64,000 nucleotides of DNA from an uncultured Gemmatimonadota bacterium (GTDB lineage: Bacteria > Gemmatimonadota > Gemmatimonadetes > Palauibacterales > Palauibacteraceae). A program made the position numbers and the translations under genes. The notes under the pieces were generated by a model. That model saw only the letters and a program-made list of their open reading frames with translations. It was not told the DNA's origin and made no database searches. This document shows, in pieces, positions 28,042-38,623 of this stretch (position 1 is its first letter; each line of letters starts with the position of its first letter). The stretch is from assembly GCA_964480515.1 (NCBI GenBank), contig CAYZOT010000010.1, positions 32,634 to 96,633 of the forward strand. Direction: 5' to 3'.

Positions 28042-30396
28042 TCACTCGTCTAGTAGAGCTTCATCTAGATCGGCGAGCGCTACTAAAACCTCGCGAGGCT
28101 TTGAACCTTCAGCGGGCCCGACCACGCCGGCCAGGTGCAGTTGGTCGATGATTCTAGCCGCACGTCCGTATCCGATTTTCAAACGCCGTTGAAGGAGGCT
28201 CGTGGAACCCGCAGAATTCGTAATCACGATCTCGGCCGCCTGTCGGAATAATTGGTCTCGATCGTCAAGCGCAGCGCCAGGCATGCCGGCCCCTGACTCA
28301 ACCTCCTCGATCTCTTTGACCACATTGAGGATGTCCGGCTCTTCCTGCGTGGCTTCGGCAGCGATTTCCATCAATTTGGCTTGCTCACGGTACCAATCCA
28401 AGAAGCGTTCAGTCTCTCCCGAGGAAATAAAAGCCCCCTGAATCCGTATCGAATTCGACTTGCCTGGGGGAAGAAATAGCATGTCGCCATTCCCGAGCAG
28501 GCTTTCCGCCCCGTTCTGATCCAAGATTGTCCTGCTATCAATCTTTGACGCCACACGGAATGCGATCCGACTCGGAATATTGGCCTTAATAAGACCCGTC
28601 AACACGTTGACGGATGGTCGTTGGGTCGCGATCAGCAGGTGAATTCCGACGGCACGCGCCTTCTGTGCTAACATTGCCAAGGGTGTTTCAACTTGTGATT
28701 GAACAGTCATCATTAGATCTGCCAACTCATCAATCACCAGTACGACGTAGGGTAACGGCCCTTCTTCGTAAGGTGGCGGGATATCGTCCGAACCACGCTT
28801 TGGCAGAAAAAGATCCCGATCTCCGAGCACACGCTCGTTGAACTCACTCATGTTACGGCAACCGTTGGACGACAATAGCCCGAATCGACGTTTCATTTCG
28901 TATACGGCCCATTTGAGGACCGACGCAGCTTCATCGTTATCCGTAATCACTGGGTGACGCAGATGAGGCAGATCGCCATAGACGGAAAGTTCTACCATCT
29001 TGGGGTCCACCATCAAAAGCCGGAGTTCGGCAGGCGTATAACGACAAATAAGACTTGTGATGAGGGCGTTTATACAGACTGATTTGCCTGATCCAGTTTG
29101 CCCTGCAATCAACAGGTGCGGCATACGAACCAGATCAGTACAGTAGGGCTGGCCGGAAAGATCTCGACCCAAAGCGAGTGGGAGAGCCACTCCAGTACGG
29201 CGGTAGGTCCGACTCTCAAGCACTTCACGAAGTTTAACCATCTCCGGTGCAGGGTTCGGGACTTCGACCCCGACAGCCCCTTTCCCTGGAATTGGCGCCA
29301 CGATTCGAACAGAATCAGCTTTAAGGGCAAGTGCAAGGTCGTCAGCTCGTGCTGAGATCGATCCGACCTTGACACCAGGCGCGGGAATAACTTCGAACTG
29401 TGTGACGACTGGACCGGTCGTCCAGCCTCCTATCTCACCGGCAATCCGGAATGTTGCCAACTTATCAATCAGCACATCTCCGAGCCGTTCCAGATCCCGC
29501 ACACTGATACTACCGCTGCCCCTTCTCGGTTCATCGAGGAGTTCAAGTGGTGGCAATGCCGTCTGATCCAGGTCTCCTGGATCTTGCAGCTTCGGTTCCG
29601 AAGAGACTTCTTGTTCTTTCCCAATATCAGACTTAGTGGCCTTTTGGTTACGGGTTTTATTTTTCGTAGCTTTCGGTTCTATATCCTCTTCATTCACCAA
29701 TTCTTCAAAAACATCCGGTTCAGGCTCCGGGACAACCCGCTCCCACGGTGTAGTTTCGACATCTTCGGTTCGGTTCCAGGCCACGAGTGCCCGAACAAAC
29801 GCAACGATTTTACTCAGTGCCCGTCGCCCCATGTGAATTGGTTGCCATTTGGCAACCAATTCACCACCGGCGCCGATGCTGCGTTTAGCCATTCTTCCGC
29901 TGCCAACGACGGTCCGTGTAAGTGACCAACCAAGCGTGAGCACAAGAGTCACGAGAAGGGCTGATATAGTGATTAGCAGAGCACCTAACCATCCGAACGC
30001 GGCTTGAAGGATGGAACCAATGGTGACGGCCAGCCAGCCGTTATCAGGGGTCGTCGCTCCATCTCGTGCAAATACAACCCAAAATAACGTGGGTAAAACC
30101 AAGAGTAGTCCAGCAGGGAGCAACGAAGCACGCAGAGCCCGACCACGATCGCCCCAACCGAGGAAATGTGTTCCCCAGACGAAGGCTGAGACAGCTAGCA
30201 AGGGAGACAGCGGCCCGCCGAACACAAAGCTAAGATTTCGATGCAGCAGAGCCCCAAAAGGACCAATCCAGTTGCGACCATCAGTCACTTCGGGCGAGAC
30301 AAGGGCAAGGCCTACAAGAAGACCGAGCACAATGAGCCCCACACCCAGTGCCTCACGTCGCTGTCGTTCATCCAGCATCAGCGTCCTCCTCCCCAC
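28042..30396 (-). CDS. ftsK: DNA translocase FtsK.
   Basis: N-terminal TM segments, a Pro/Glu-rich linker, an AAA motor (GQTGSGKS Walker A) and a C-terminal gamma domain. Confidence 0.85.
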   Translation of the reverse strand: MGRRTLMLDERQRREALGVGLIVLGLLVGLALVSPEVTDGRNWIGPFGALLHRNLSFVFGGPLSPLLAVSAFVWGTHFLGWGDRGRALRASLLPAGLLLVLPTLFWVVFARDGATTPDNGWLAVTIGSILQAAFGWLGALLITISALLVTLVLTLGWSLTRTVVGSGRMAKRSIGAGGELVAKWQPIHMGRRALSKIVAFVRALVAWNRTEDVETTPWERVVPEPEPDVFEELVNEEDIEPKATKNKTRNQKATKSDIGKEQEVSSEPKLQDPGDLDQTALPPLELLDEPRRGSGSISVRDLERLGDVLIDKLATFRIAGEIGGWTTGPVVTQFEVIPAPGVKVGSISARADDLALALKADSVRIVAPIPGKGAVGVEVPNPAPEMVKLREVLESRTYRRTGVALPLALGRDLSGQPYCTDLVRMPHLLIAGQTGSGKSVCINALITSLICRYTPAELRLLMVDPKMVELSVYGDLPHLRHPVITDNDEAASVLKWAVYEMKRRFGLLSSNGCRNMSEFNERVLGDRDLFLPKRGSDDIPPPYEEGPLPYVVLVIDELADLMMTVQSQVETPLAMLAQKARAVGIHLLIATQRPSVNVLTGLIKANIPSRIAFRVASKIDSRTILDQNGAESLLGNGDMLFLPPGKSNSIRIQGAFISSGETERFLDWYREQAKLMEIAAEATQEEPDILNVVKEIEEVESGAGMPGAALDDRDQLFRQAAEIVITNSAGSTSLLQRRLKIGYGRAARIIDQLHLAGVVGPAEGSKPREVLVALADLDEALLDE

Positions 30397-31120
30397 CCTT
30401 CACAAATGCGCCATCGTACCATATCGGCACGACGGACAAGTCGTCGACTTTAGCGCAGGGCACCAGATCTTCATCCAAGCCCAGATCGCACAACGCACGA
30501 CCAGCATCAGTCTTCGCCAAGCTCTCCGGTGTTGGTCTTCCAAGGCTAGCGGCGAAAGTGCATGCAGCTTGAGCCCCGTCCCCCAGTCCGAGACTCGGCG
30601 ACCGCTTTAGTATCCGCTCCACAAGATGGCCCGCACACCATGCGTCGTCCATGCCGATTCGTCCATTACGACCAGAACAGATGATGACGATTGGGCCACT
30701 CTTGGTGTCCGTAGGATTGGATAAAACCCGTCCTACCGCACCGACGTTCCGAAAACAAGCGATTCGCAACTCACGTGCGTCTGTAACCACTTCTATAGCC
30801 GCAGTTCCATTCGTCGTTGTAAAAATTAGCGATTCACCAGCTACTAGTTCTGGGATGAATTCACGGGGCGAATTTCCAAAATCGAACCCCTCGGGCGGGA
30901 GTCCGTTTCGTTCACCACAGAGTAGAGATCCCCCAATTTGATCTGCGGTGGCTCGAGCGGCCGCGACCGAACCGGTGGGGATCACTCGCTGGCTTCCAGC
31001 TGCTAGTGCTGTCGTAATACTGGTAGTGGCACGAATAACATCGATGACTACTACCCTGCTGTCAGCAAGTGAACTCGGGGCTAGCTCCTGCGGAAGCCAT
31101 AGTACCTCAAGAGCAACCAT
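30368..31120 (-). CDS. 2-phosphosulfolactate phosphatase family protein (ComB-like).
   Basis: VIDVIRATTSITTAL matches the ComB family signature. It overlaps the ftsK start by 29 nt. Confidence 0.6.
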   Translation of the reverse strand: MVALEVLWLPQELAPSSLADSRVVVIDVIRATTSITTALAAGSQRVIPTGSVAAARATADQIGGSLLCGERNGLPPEGFDFGNSPREFIPELVAGESLIFTTTNGTAAIEVVTDARELRIACFRNVGAVGRVLSNPTDTKSGPIVIICSGRNGRIGMDDAWCAGHLVERILKRSPSLGLGDGAQAACTFAASLGRPTPESLAKTDAGRALCDLGLDEDLVPCAKVDDLSVVPIWYDGAFVKGGEEDADAG

Positions 31121-31132
31121 AAATTCTCGAAC

Positions 31133-32476
31133 TCACCTACGCGTCAGGAATTGTTCGACAAAACCCGTATTGAAATCTCCCGATACGAAGTCTTGGTGAG
31201 CCAGCACCTTACGGAGGAAAGGTATCGTCGTATGCACACCCTCGATCACAAACTCTTCGAGAGCATGGTAGGCACGAATACGCGCCTCTTCTCTCGTCTT
31301 TCCGCTTACGATGAGCTTTGCCAACAACGAATCATAATAGGGTGGTACGACGTATCCAGCGTAAATGTGTGTGTCGACACGGATCCCAGGCCCCCCAGGT
31401 GCATGAAAAGATGTAATCGCGCCAGGTGACGGACGGAAACCGTGATCTGGATCTTCGGCATTGATGCGGCATTCAATTGCATGGCCTCGTAAGGTGGGGG
31501 TCGCTTCCAAGCTAAGTTTTTCCCCTGCTGCCACACGAATCTGTTCTTTAATGAGATCTGTACCTGTAACAAGCTCAGTAACCGGGTGTTCAACCTGAAT
31601 GCGCGTATTCATTTCCATAAAATAAAATTCGCCATCGACATCAACCAGGAACTCTACGGTACCCACACCATGGTATGAGATAGCCTCAGCACCGCGGATC
31701 GCTGCCTCTCCCATAGTCCGTCTCATCTCGGTGGTAACCGCCGGACTGGGTGCTTCCTCAACTAATTTCTGGTGCCGGCGTTGAATTGAACAATCACGTT
31801 CTCCGAGATGAACGATTTGGCCGTGACGATCCCCTATGAGCTGGATTTCGACGTGTCGAGGTTCATCAATAAGCTTTTCTAGATAGACCGTGGAGTCCCC
31901 GAAATTCACCTCAGCCTCATTACGTGCAATGGAAAAACCACGTTTCAGTTCATCGTCGCTAAACGCCGCCCGCATACCCTTTCCACCGCCTCCGGCAGCT
32001 GCCTTAATCATGACGGGATACCCGATACGGCGTGCTTCTTCCAATGCCATATCCTCATCCTCTGTGGGCCCATCTGACCCTGGTATGACCGGCACGCCAG
32101 CCTCAATCATCGTGAGACGCGCCTCTGCCTTTTGTCCCATGCGTTGGATTTGCCCGGGCGTGGGACCAATGAATACTAGTCCCGAACGTTCACAGATTTC
32201 CGCAAACTGTGCGTTCTCTGCTAAGAAACCATAACCGGGGTGCACAGCGTCGGCACCCGTGATCTCAGCGGCCGCCAAGATTCTAGGCACGTTAAGATAA
32301 CTATCTTTACTGGGCGGCTCCCCTATGCAGATGTGTTCGTCGGAAAAGCGGACGTGGAGAGAGTCTCGGTCTGCCTGTGAATACACAGCAACTGTTCGAA
32401 TGTCGAGTTCTCGACACGCGCGTATTACTCGAAGTGCAATTTCGCCCCGGTTGGCGATGAGGATCTTACGGAACAA
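31133..32476 (-). CDS. accC: Acetyl-CoA carboxylase biotin carboxylase subunit.
   Basis: ATP-grasp biotin carboxylase motifs throughout, ~447 aa, adjacent to accB. Confidence 0.9.
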   Translation of the reverse strand: MFRKILIANRGEIALRVIRACRELDIRTVAVYSQADRDSLHVRFSDEHICIGEPPSKDSYLNVPRILAAAEITGADAVHPGYGFLAENAQFAEICERSGLVFIGPTPGQIQRMGQKAEARLTMIEAGVPVIPGSDGPTEDEDMALEEARRIGYPVMIKAAAGGGGKGMRAAFSDDELKRGFSIARNEAEVNFGDSTVYLEKLIDEPRHVEIQLIGDRHGQIVHLGERDCSIQRRHQKLVEEAPSPAVTTEMRRTMGEAAIRGAEAISYHGVGTVEFLVDVDGEFYFMEMNTRIQVEHPVTELVTGTDLIKEQIRVAAGEKLSLEATPTLRGHAIECRINAEDPDHGFRPSPGAITSFHAPGGPGIRVDTHIYAGYVVPPYYDSLLAKLIVSGKTREEARIRAYHALEEFVIEGVHTTIPFLRKVLAHQDFVSGDFNTGFVEQFLTRR

Positions 32477-32496
32477 GGTGGGGGACTCGGTCAGTC

Positions 32497-32970
32497 CTAA
32501 GTGGGGTCAACACGGAACAAAAGCGCACCAAACTCAACAGGCTCAGCGTTCTCAACCGCAATCTCCGTTATCACGCCAGACACCTCTGACTCCAACTCAT
32601 TCATAAGCTTCATCGCCTCGAGAATGCATAGAGTCTGACCCTTCTCTACGTGGTCTCCTACCGATACGAAGGGGGGGGCATCTGGGGCCGCGGACCTATA
32701 GAACGTACCTACCATTGGTGACGTCACTTCAAACACATCCGTGTCCCCTGTCACTACTAGCCCTGTACCGGAAGCCGGCGCTGCTAATTCGGGGCCTTGA
32801 GTATGAGAGGCGACAGAAGCGGCGTGGGTCGCCGCACTTGTCCGGACACCCGCAGATTTTTGAATCCGAACTCGCTTAGTCAGAGGACTCACTTCTAGTG
32901 ACTCGATGTCAGAGTCCTCGACCAGTTTTATCAGTCGCTTTATCCAGTTAATGAGACGCTCTTCATTCAT
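32497..32970 (-). CDS. accB: Biotin carboxyl carrier protein.
   Basis: EAMKLMNE biotinylation motif. Confidence 0.85.
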   Translation of the reverse strand: MNEERLINWIKRLIKLVEDSDIESLEVSPLTKRVRIQKSAGVRTSAATHAASVASHTQGPELAAPASGTGLVVTGDTDVFEVTSPMVGTFYRSAAPDAPPFVSVGDHVEKGQTLCILEAMKLMNELESEVSGVITEIAVENAEPVEFGALLFRVDPT

Positions 32971-33560
32971 GAATGCACTCGCGTAATATACTTGTCTTCA
33001 GTGCGATCAACTCGAATCATTTCGCCTTCCTCGACAAACAAGGGCACCTGTACCACTGCGCCTGTCACAAGTTTAGCTGGTTTCGTCCCCCCCTGCGCTG
33101 TATCACCCCGCACGCCAGGATCAGTTTCGGCGATCTCCAATTCGACAAACTGTGGAAGTTCGACCGTAAGCACGACACCATCTCGGTTCAAGCCTTGGCA
33201 CTCCATATTCTCCTGAAGATATAAGAGTTGATCCTCTCCAAGCTGTTCCCTGGACAGAGGAATCTGTTCGTAGGTCTCCAGACTCATAAAGTAGAACAGG
33301 TTGCCATCAGTGTAGCTATACTGTATTGGCCTCCGCTCAAGCCGAACTTCCTTGATCTTTTCACCCGCACGAAAAGTCTTATCCGTGATTCCTCCAGCCA
33401 TCACGTCCTTCAGTTTCGTCCTAACGAACGCACCTCCTTTACCCGGCTTCACATGTTGAAAATAGGTAATCTGGTAGAGAGTGCCATCTAATTCTATGAC
33501 CAACCCGTTTCGAAAATTTGAGGTATCAGACATCGTTATGATCAAATTGGTTGTGTCCAA
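32967..33560 (-). CDS. efp: Elongation factor P.
   Basis: Characteristic N-terminus (SDTSNFRNGLVIELDG), ~190 aa. Confidence 0.9.
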   Translation of the reverse strand: MDTTNLIITMSDTSNFRNGLVIELDGTLYQITYFQHVKPGKGGAFVRTKLKDVMAGGITDKTFRAGEKIKEVRLERRPIQYSYTDGNLFYFMSLETYEQIPLSREQLGEDQLLYLQENMECQGLNRDGVVLTVELPQFVELEIAETDPGVRGDTAQGGTKPAKLVTGAVVQVPLFVEEGEMIRVDRTEDKYITRVHS

Positions 33561-33613
33561 TTAACACAAACTGCCCAACTCCGACGCTCAGGTAAGTCAC
33601 CAGGAGTTCCTAC

Positions 33614-34699
33614 TCACAATTCGATGAGCGCACGCGACAAGCTGGTCATCCTGCGAAAACCGGACGGTTCAACAAGAATGTCGTCTTCAATCCGTACACC
33701 ACCACGCGCCGGAAGATACACCCCGGGTTCTATCGTCACCACATTTCCAACTTCAAGGGTCTGCTCCGAACGCTGAGACAAACTGGGACCTTCATGTACC
33801 TCAAGGCCAATTCCATGTCCCGTACTATGACCGAAATACTGATCGACTTGGTGAGCCATCAAGGCTTCTCGAGCTACCATATCCACAAACCGACACAAAA
33901 CTCCGGGCCCGACAGCAGCACACGCTTGTTCGTACGCGTCAAGCACTTGGTTGTGAAGCGCTACCTGCCAATCTTGAGGAGGACCAATGACAAAGTTTCG
34001 GGTGATATCGCTGCAATAACCTTGAAATCGTGCTCCAAAATCAATCAAAAGTAGATCTCCGGGCACCACACAACGATTTGAGGGAGTAGCATGTGGAAGT
34101 GAGGTTCGTGGTCCTGAAGCCACTATCACTTCGAACGGAAGGTGTTCGGATCCCCCTGCACGAAGTTCAGCCTCTAAGTAGCCGGCGACCCGTTGTTCAC
34201 TGGGCCTGTCCGTCCAATCAATTCCCGTCAGTGTTCTTTGGAGAGCGGCTTCTGCCGTCGTAATAGAGTGCTCGATCCCCTCTATTTCTTTCACATCTTT
34301 TATTCGTCGGAGTCTTCCAACCAAATCCGTACTTGCAACGAGTGAGAGTTGAGGGAACGCCTCTTTAAGAGCTTTGTACTCAGAGACTGTAACATACTCA
34401 GACTCGAATGCCACTGACCCGTTTACGGAGGTAACCGAGTCTTCGATATTGGAGATCCAGCCTCCACTAACAATTCGTATATCGAACGAGTCCTCCACCT
34501 CACTCTTAGCCTGTTCATCATAACGGAAGTCAGTGATGAGGATAGGGTTTCCAACCACTGGAACCCATAAAACACCGGAAGATCCGCTGAACCCAGACAG
34601 GTACCGAACACTCGCCCAATACGTGAGGATGGCCGCTTGACAGCCGGCGGTCGCGATCTCACATGCAAAGTTACGACAACGGTCAGCGTAGCGGCTCAC
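33614..34699 (-). CDS. pepP: Xaa-Pro aminopeptidase / M24-family peptidase.
   Basis: HGTGHGIGLEVHEGP metal-binding motif. Confidence 0.75.
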   Translation of the reverse strand: MSRYADRCRNFACEIATAGCQAAILTYWASVRYLSGFSGSSGVLWVPVVGNPILITDFRYDEQAKSEVEDSFDIRIVSGGWISNIEDSVTSVNGSVAFESEYVTVSEYKALKEAFPQLSLVASTDLVGRLRRIKDVKEIEGIEHSITTAEAALQRTLTGIDWTDRPSEQRVAGYLEAELRAGGSEHLPFEVIVASGPRTSLPHATPSNRCVVPGDLLLIDFGARFQGYCSDITRNFVIGPPQDWQVALHNQVLDAYEQACAAVGPGVLCRFVDMVAREALMAHQVDQYFGHSTGHGIGLEVHEGPSLSQRSEQTLEVGNVVTIEPGVYLPARGGVRIEDDILVEPSGFRRMTSLSRALIEL

Positions 34700-35142
34700 T
34701 CCGTCAAATTCTCCTCAAGATACTCAGCCAAAGCCTCAAGTCCGAACAGATAGCTTGAGCTCTTAAATCCAGCGATTACACCAACGGCCAAGTCTGACAA
34801 CAACGAATGGTGACGAAACGGTTCTCGCGCATACACATTCGACAAATGAACCTCGACAAACGGTCGGTCTGAAGCCGCGAGCGCATCTCGGAGCGCTACA
34901 CTAGTGTGAGTGAACGCTGCAGCGTTCACCAACCATCCGTCCACTTTTTCAGTTTTCATCTGCACCCAGTCGACAAGCTCTTCCTCATCGTTTGACTGGA
35001 AGAACAATAGTTCAAGACCCCGGACAGCACCTTTCTCTCTTAGTACAGCTTCAATGTCCGCCAACGTGTCAGTACCATAATGGACCGGTTGACGCTGACC
35101 CAGGAGATTGAGATTGGGACCATTCAGAACACCTATTCGCAT
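34696..35142 (-). CDS. aroQ: Type II 3-dehydroquinate dehydratase.
   Basis: MRIGVLNGPNLNLLGQRQP N-terminus, ~148 aa. Confidence 0.85.
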   Translation of the reverse strand: MRIGVLNGPNLNLLGQRQPVHYGTDTLADIEAVLREKGAVRGLELLFFQSNDEEELVDWVQMKTEKVDGWLVNAAAFTHTSVALRDALAASDRPFVEVHLSNVYAREPFRHHSLLSDLAVGVIAGFKSSSYLFGLEALAEYLEENLTE

Positions 35143-35145
35143 AAT

Positions 35146-36123
35146 TCAGTTGCTATCTTTCTTGAACCAGGCTAACCAGCCACTCCACCCCTTAAATCCT
35201 CCAAACCTCGATTTGACATCCTTGTTGCCAAGATGATCTCGGATCGAGGGTTCGTCAGCGCTCGAACCTTGATCGGACACTCCAGGCTCTCTGACCTTAG
35301 ATTCTGCGCTGCAACTTTGCTGCATCCTCAAAGGTGTCCCAGCTAAACCAGAAGCGTTAGCAACTGATTCTGGCACAGGAATTGGTCCGCGTACAGCTTG
35401 GCCTGAGACCACGCGTTCCCCGCGTGATTCTTCAGCGCATTGGTGTGCATGCTCCAACTTGACGGCGAGTTCAGAGTTGTATGGACTGCGAGAGATCAGG
35501 CGTTCGTAGACCTCGACAGCCTCAGAAAAAAATCCCTGCTCAACATAGAGAGACGCTAGCGTTTCAGTATCTAATACCGCGTTGGTTGAGCTAGGAGGGG
35601 CTGGAGAATATTGTGCAACTCGCATACGGATTGTGCGAGTTTCCTCTTCCCCATGAGACATTGTCTTCGCATCATTTCGCTCGCTGTCCACCGATGTCTT
35701 ACTCCAGTCAACATCAAGGGCCTCGAGCCAGCGGGTTGCATCACTATTTTGTGGTCGTGACATCTCAGCTGAAGCACTATCTGTCTGCACCGAAGCTCCA
35801 TCGGGCCCAATCTCGATCAGGACCGTACGCGCCATAAGATTTTCCGAGTCGATATGCAGCACGCGTTCCAAAGCACGTCTCGCTTCGGGGAGTCGATCCA
35901 GTTTGCGCAGCACACTCGCGTAGACAAGACGAGCATACAGGTAATGCGGGTGTTTCTCCAGGCCATTTTCAATCACTTCTAGAGCACGGTCAAGCTGACC
36001 GGTTTTTTGGTAAAGATCTGCAAGACGGGCAAACGTGTGGGTCTGCGGGGCCTTTTCAGCGCTCTCAATGAGGCGTCGGATCTCCTCTAAGTGGTCTTTC
36101 AAAGCAGTCGCTAGCACCATCAA
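35146..36123 (-). CDS. TPR-repeat protein.
   Basis: Several TPR-like helical pairs (ALEVIENGLEKHPHY..., YARLVYASVL...). The C-terminus is low-complexity. Confidence 0.5.
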   Translation of the reverse strand: MMVLATALKDHLEEIRRLIESAEKAPQTHTFARLADLYQKTGQLDRALEVIENGLEKHPHYLYARLVYASVLRKLDRLPEARRALERVLHIDSENLMARTVLIEIGPDGASVQTDSASAEMSRPQNSDATRWLEALDVDWSKTSVDSERNDAKTMSHGEEETRTIRMRVAQYSPAPPSSTNAVLDTETLASLYVEQGFFSEAVEVYERLISRSPYNSELAVKLEHAHQCAEESRGERVVSGQAVRGPIPVPESVANASGLAGTPLRMQQSCSAESKVREPGVSDQGSSADEPSIRDHLGNKDVKSRFGGFKGWSGWLAWFKKDSN

Positions 36124-36389
36124 GTAAGGACGTAGATACCTGCACTAAGGGACGAATGAAAGATACCGACCACATTTTTTTTTTGTCAACGCATGGTATA
36201 CGAAAATGGAATATTCGTTGCCCACACCTCGGACCACAGATACGTTTTTACAAATGTTCGACACGATTTTATGTGACTAGCAATCAACACCTAAGAAAAC
36301 AGCCATACATTGCTTGTCCTGCGGTTTGAGGGGCAATGATCTCACTGGCCGCGCGATTCACTTCAATCCTGAGGCAGGGTCAACGTCCC

Positions 36390-38228
36390 ATGTTCATGCG
36401 AAAAATGCGCGGGAGCGCAAAATACGTGATGAGTATCCTCGCAGTTGCCTTCGTTGGGTGGCTCGTATTTGAGGGTATCAATGACATGCGAGGCGGAAAT
36501 GTTGGGGGAGACATTAACCCGGTGGTTGGCGAAGTCGCTGGTAATGACATTCGCTACAATGCCTGGAACAGCTTCCACCAAAACCAACTTGCAGTAATGC
36601 GACAAACTGGTCGCGTCATGACGGATGAAGATCTCAGAATTGTCGAAAATCAGGCGTGGGAGAGTCTGATCAATGCAACACTACTTCAGGGCGAATTAGA
36701 CCGCCTCGGAATTCAGGTCACAGATTTGGAAGTGCAACAAGCCTTCTTTACTCAACCACCGCAAGAGATGATGAGTCATGCGGCATTCCAAACAGATGGC
36801 CAATTTGACATCAATAAATACCGCCGATTCTTTACCGATCCATCAACCGATGAAACTCAGCTGCTCCAAATTGAAAACTATTACCGTTCACTACTACCGC
36901 GCGCAAAACTTCAAGCCCTTGTGGAAAGTGGGATCTACGTTTCTGACGAAGAGGCATGGGAATTCTTCCGAGATACAAACGAGACGGCACGGGTACGATT
37001 CGTACATATTGATCCGTCCGAGACCGTGCCTGACACGGCCATAACAGTCTCCGACTCCGAGATTCGGACGTTCTACAACGAGCATCGTGAAGAGTTCATA
37101 CGTCCCGCATCCGCTCGCACAAATCTGATTAGCATTGCCTTACGTCCGTCTCAAACTGATACAGCCTCTGCACTGGAACGAGCAACGAGTCTCGCTGAAC
37201 GTGTTCGCGCAGGCGAACTGTTTGAGGATGTCGCTGCAAACGAGTCCGCCGATACGATTTCGGCAACAGATGGTGGCTTCATGGGACACCGAGCCCGAAC
37301 AGAGCTTAACCCCGCTTTGGCCAATGCTGCGTATGCTGCCAGAATTGGTGAAATTACGGATCCAGTAGAGACGCCGTTTGGGTTCCACATTCTACGCGTT
37401 GATAGTCGGACAACCGACTCACTATCGCTCCGACAAATCTACATTCCAATCGAGATGTCACCGGCGACCGAAGATTCAATATTTGACTTCATGGATGAAC
37501 TAGAAGGAATCGCCTTGGCCCAAGGGCTCGTCACAGCCGCCGATTCCCTAGACTCTTCGATAAATTTAGATGTTCAACTCACTGCTGGAGTCAGCTTTGT
37601 ACCTGGGGTAGGAGCACTTGGCGTTGCCCCAGATTGGGCACTCGAGCCAGAGACTGAGATCGGAGAGATCTCCCGGTTCTGGGAGACCCCGACTGGCTTC
37701 CATGTCTTCGAGCTTCTTGGCCAAAGCGATGAAGGGGAAATTCCACTCCAAGAGGTAACACCGAACATTAGGACCCAGCTCCTAATCGACAAGAAAAAGG
37801 AACGGGCTGCAGAGATCATCAACGGTCAGCTCGCTAATACCCCCAATGCTACTCTTGAAGCCGCCGCAACAACGCTGGAATGGGCCGTAGAAGAGACCAA
37901 CACGTTCCGCCGCGGAGATTTTGTTCCGGGGCTTGGCCAAGGAACTGAAGCCATCGGAGAAGCCTTTGGGTCAGTCATCGGAATACGAAGCAACGTAGTA
38001 GACGCAGGCGATGCCATTGCTGTCATTGAGGTTCTTGAGCACCACAACGTGACCCGGACCGAGTTCGAAAACGTGAAGGAAGTCCTGCTTCTACAACTCC
38101 GGTTTGAGCGCGCACAGCAATACGTGCAGCGGTGGATGGCTGCCTTACGGGCAGAAGCCACCGTAGAAGATCATAGGGCCAGGCTCCTCAACCCCAACGC
38201 TGACTCTCATGAGGGACACGCGCACTAG
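36390..38228 (+). CDS. Periplasmic chaperone / peptidyl-prolyl isomerase, PpiD/SurA-like.
   Basis: N-terminal TM anchor (MSILAVAFVGWLVF), a SurA-N-like domain, and a parvulin-type PPIase segment (FGFHILRV). Confidence 0.6.
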   Translation: MFMRKMRGSAKYVMSILAVAFVGWLVFEGINDMRGGNVGGDINPVVGEVAGNDIRYNAWNSFHQNQLAVMRQTGRVMTDEDLRIVENQAWESLINATLLQGELDRLGIQVTDLEVQQAFFTQPPQEMMSHAAFQTDGQFDINKYRRFFTDPSTDETQLLQIENYYRSLLPRAKLQALVESGIYVSDEEAWEFFRDTNETARVRFVHIDPSETVPDTAITVSDSEIRTFYNEHREEFIRPASARTNLISIALRPSQTDTASALERATSLAERVRAGELFEDVAANESADTISATDGGFMGHRARTELNPALANAAYAARIGEITDPVETPFGFHILRVDSRTTDSLSLRQIYIPIEMSPATEDSIFDFMDELEGIALAQGLVTAADSLDSSINLDVQLTAGVSFVPGVGALGVAPDWALEPETEIGEISRFWETPTGFHVFELLGQSDEGEIPLQEVTPNIRTQLLIDKKKERAAEIINGQLANTPNATLEAAATTLEWAVEETNTFRRGDFVPGLGQGTEAIGEAFGSVIGIRSNVVDAGDAIAVIEVLEHHNVTRTEFENVKEVLLLQLRFERAQQYVQRWMAALRAEATVEDHRARLLNPNADSHEGHAH

Positions 38229-38236
38229 CTATCCTT

Positions 38237-38262
38237 GGGATCAACCTATGAAGATTGATCCC
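38237..38262. terminator. Hairpin (GGGATCAA-N10-TTGATCCC) between convergent ppiD-like and tatA genes. Candidate bidirectional terminator.
   Basis: Perfect 8-bp inverted repeat with a 10-nt loop, flanked by A/T-rich sequence (atagttta), in the 74-nt convergent intergenic gap. Confidence 0.35.
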
Positions 38263-38302
38263 ATAGTTTACGGTCGCACAAACTCAAGAAAAAACATGAG
38301 TG

Positions 38303-38584
38303 TCAGGAAACGTCAGTGTTTGAAGCTGGCGGGCTATGTACATCATCTTGGACTGGTGCCGGTGCCGGTGCCTGTTCAGCATGCACGGTCTGTACGGTCT
38401 CTTGGGTCGGCGAGGGATCGCCCGTGATCTCCGTCGGTATATCCTTGACTTCCTTGATTGAACCCTTGAACTCTCGAATTCCTTTTCCGAGAGAACTCCC
38501 AATCTCAGGAAGACGCTTGGCCCCAAACAGTAAAAGAATCGCCAAAAACACGAGCAATAGTTCCCATGGACTTAAACCTAACAT
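38303..38584 (-). CDS. tatA: Twin-arginine translocase subunit TatA/E.
   Basis: LLLVFLAILLLFGAKRLPEIGSSLGKGIREFK is a canonical TatA N-terminus. Confidence 0.8.
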   Translation of the reverse strand: MLGLSPWELLLVFLAILLLFGAKRLPEIGSSLGKGIREFKGSIKEVKDIPTEITGDPSPTQETVQTVHAEQAPAPAPVQDDVHSPPASNTDVS

Positions 38585-38623
38585 CGTACACTCCTTCGTT
38601 GTCTTTCTTCTTCACTGCCTCAA

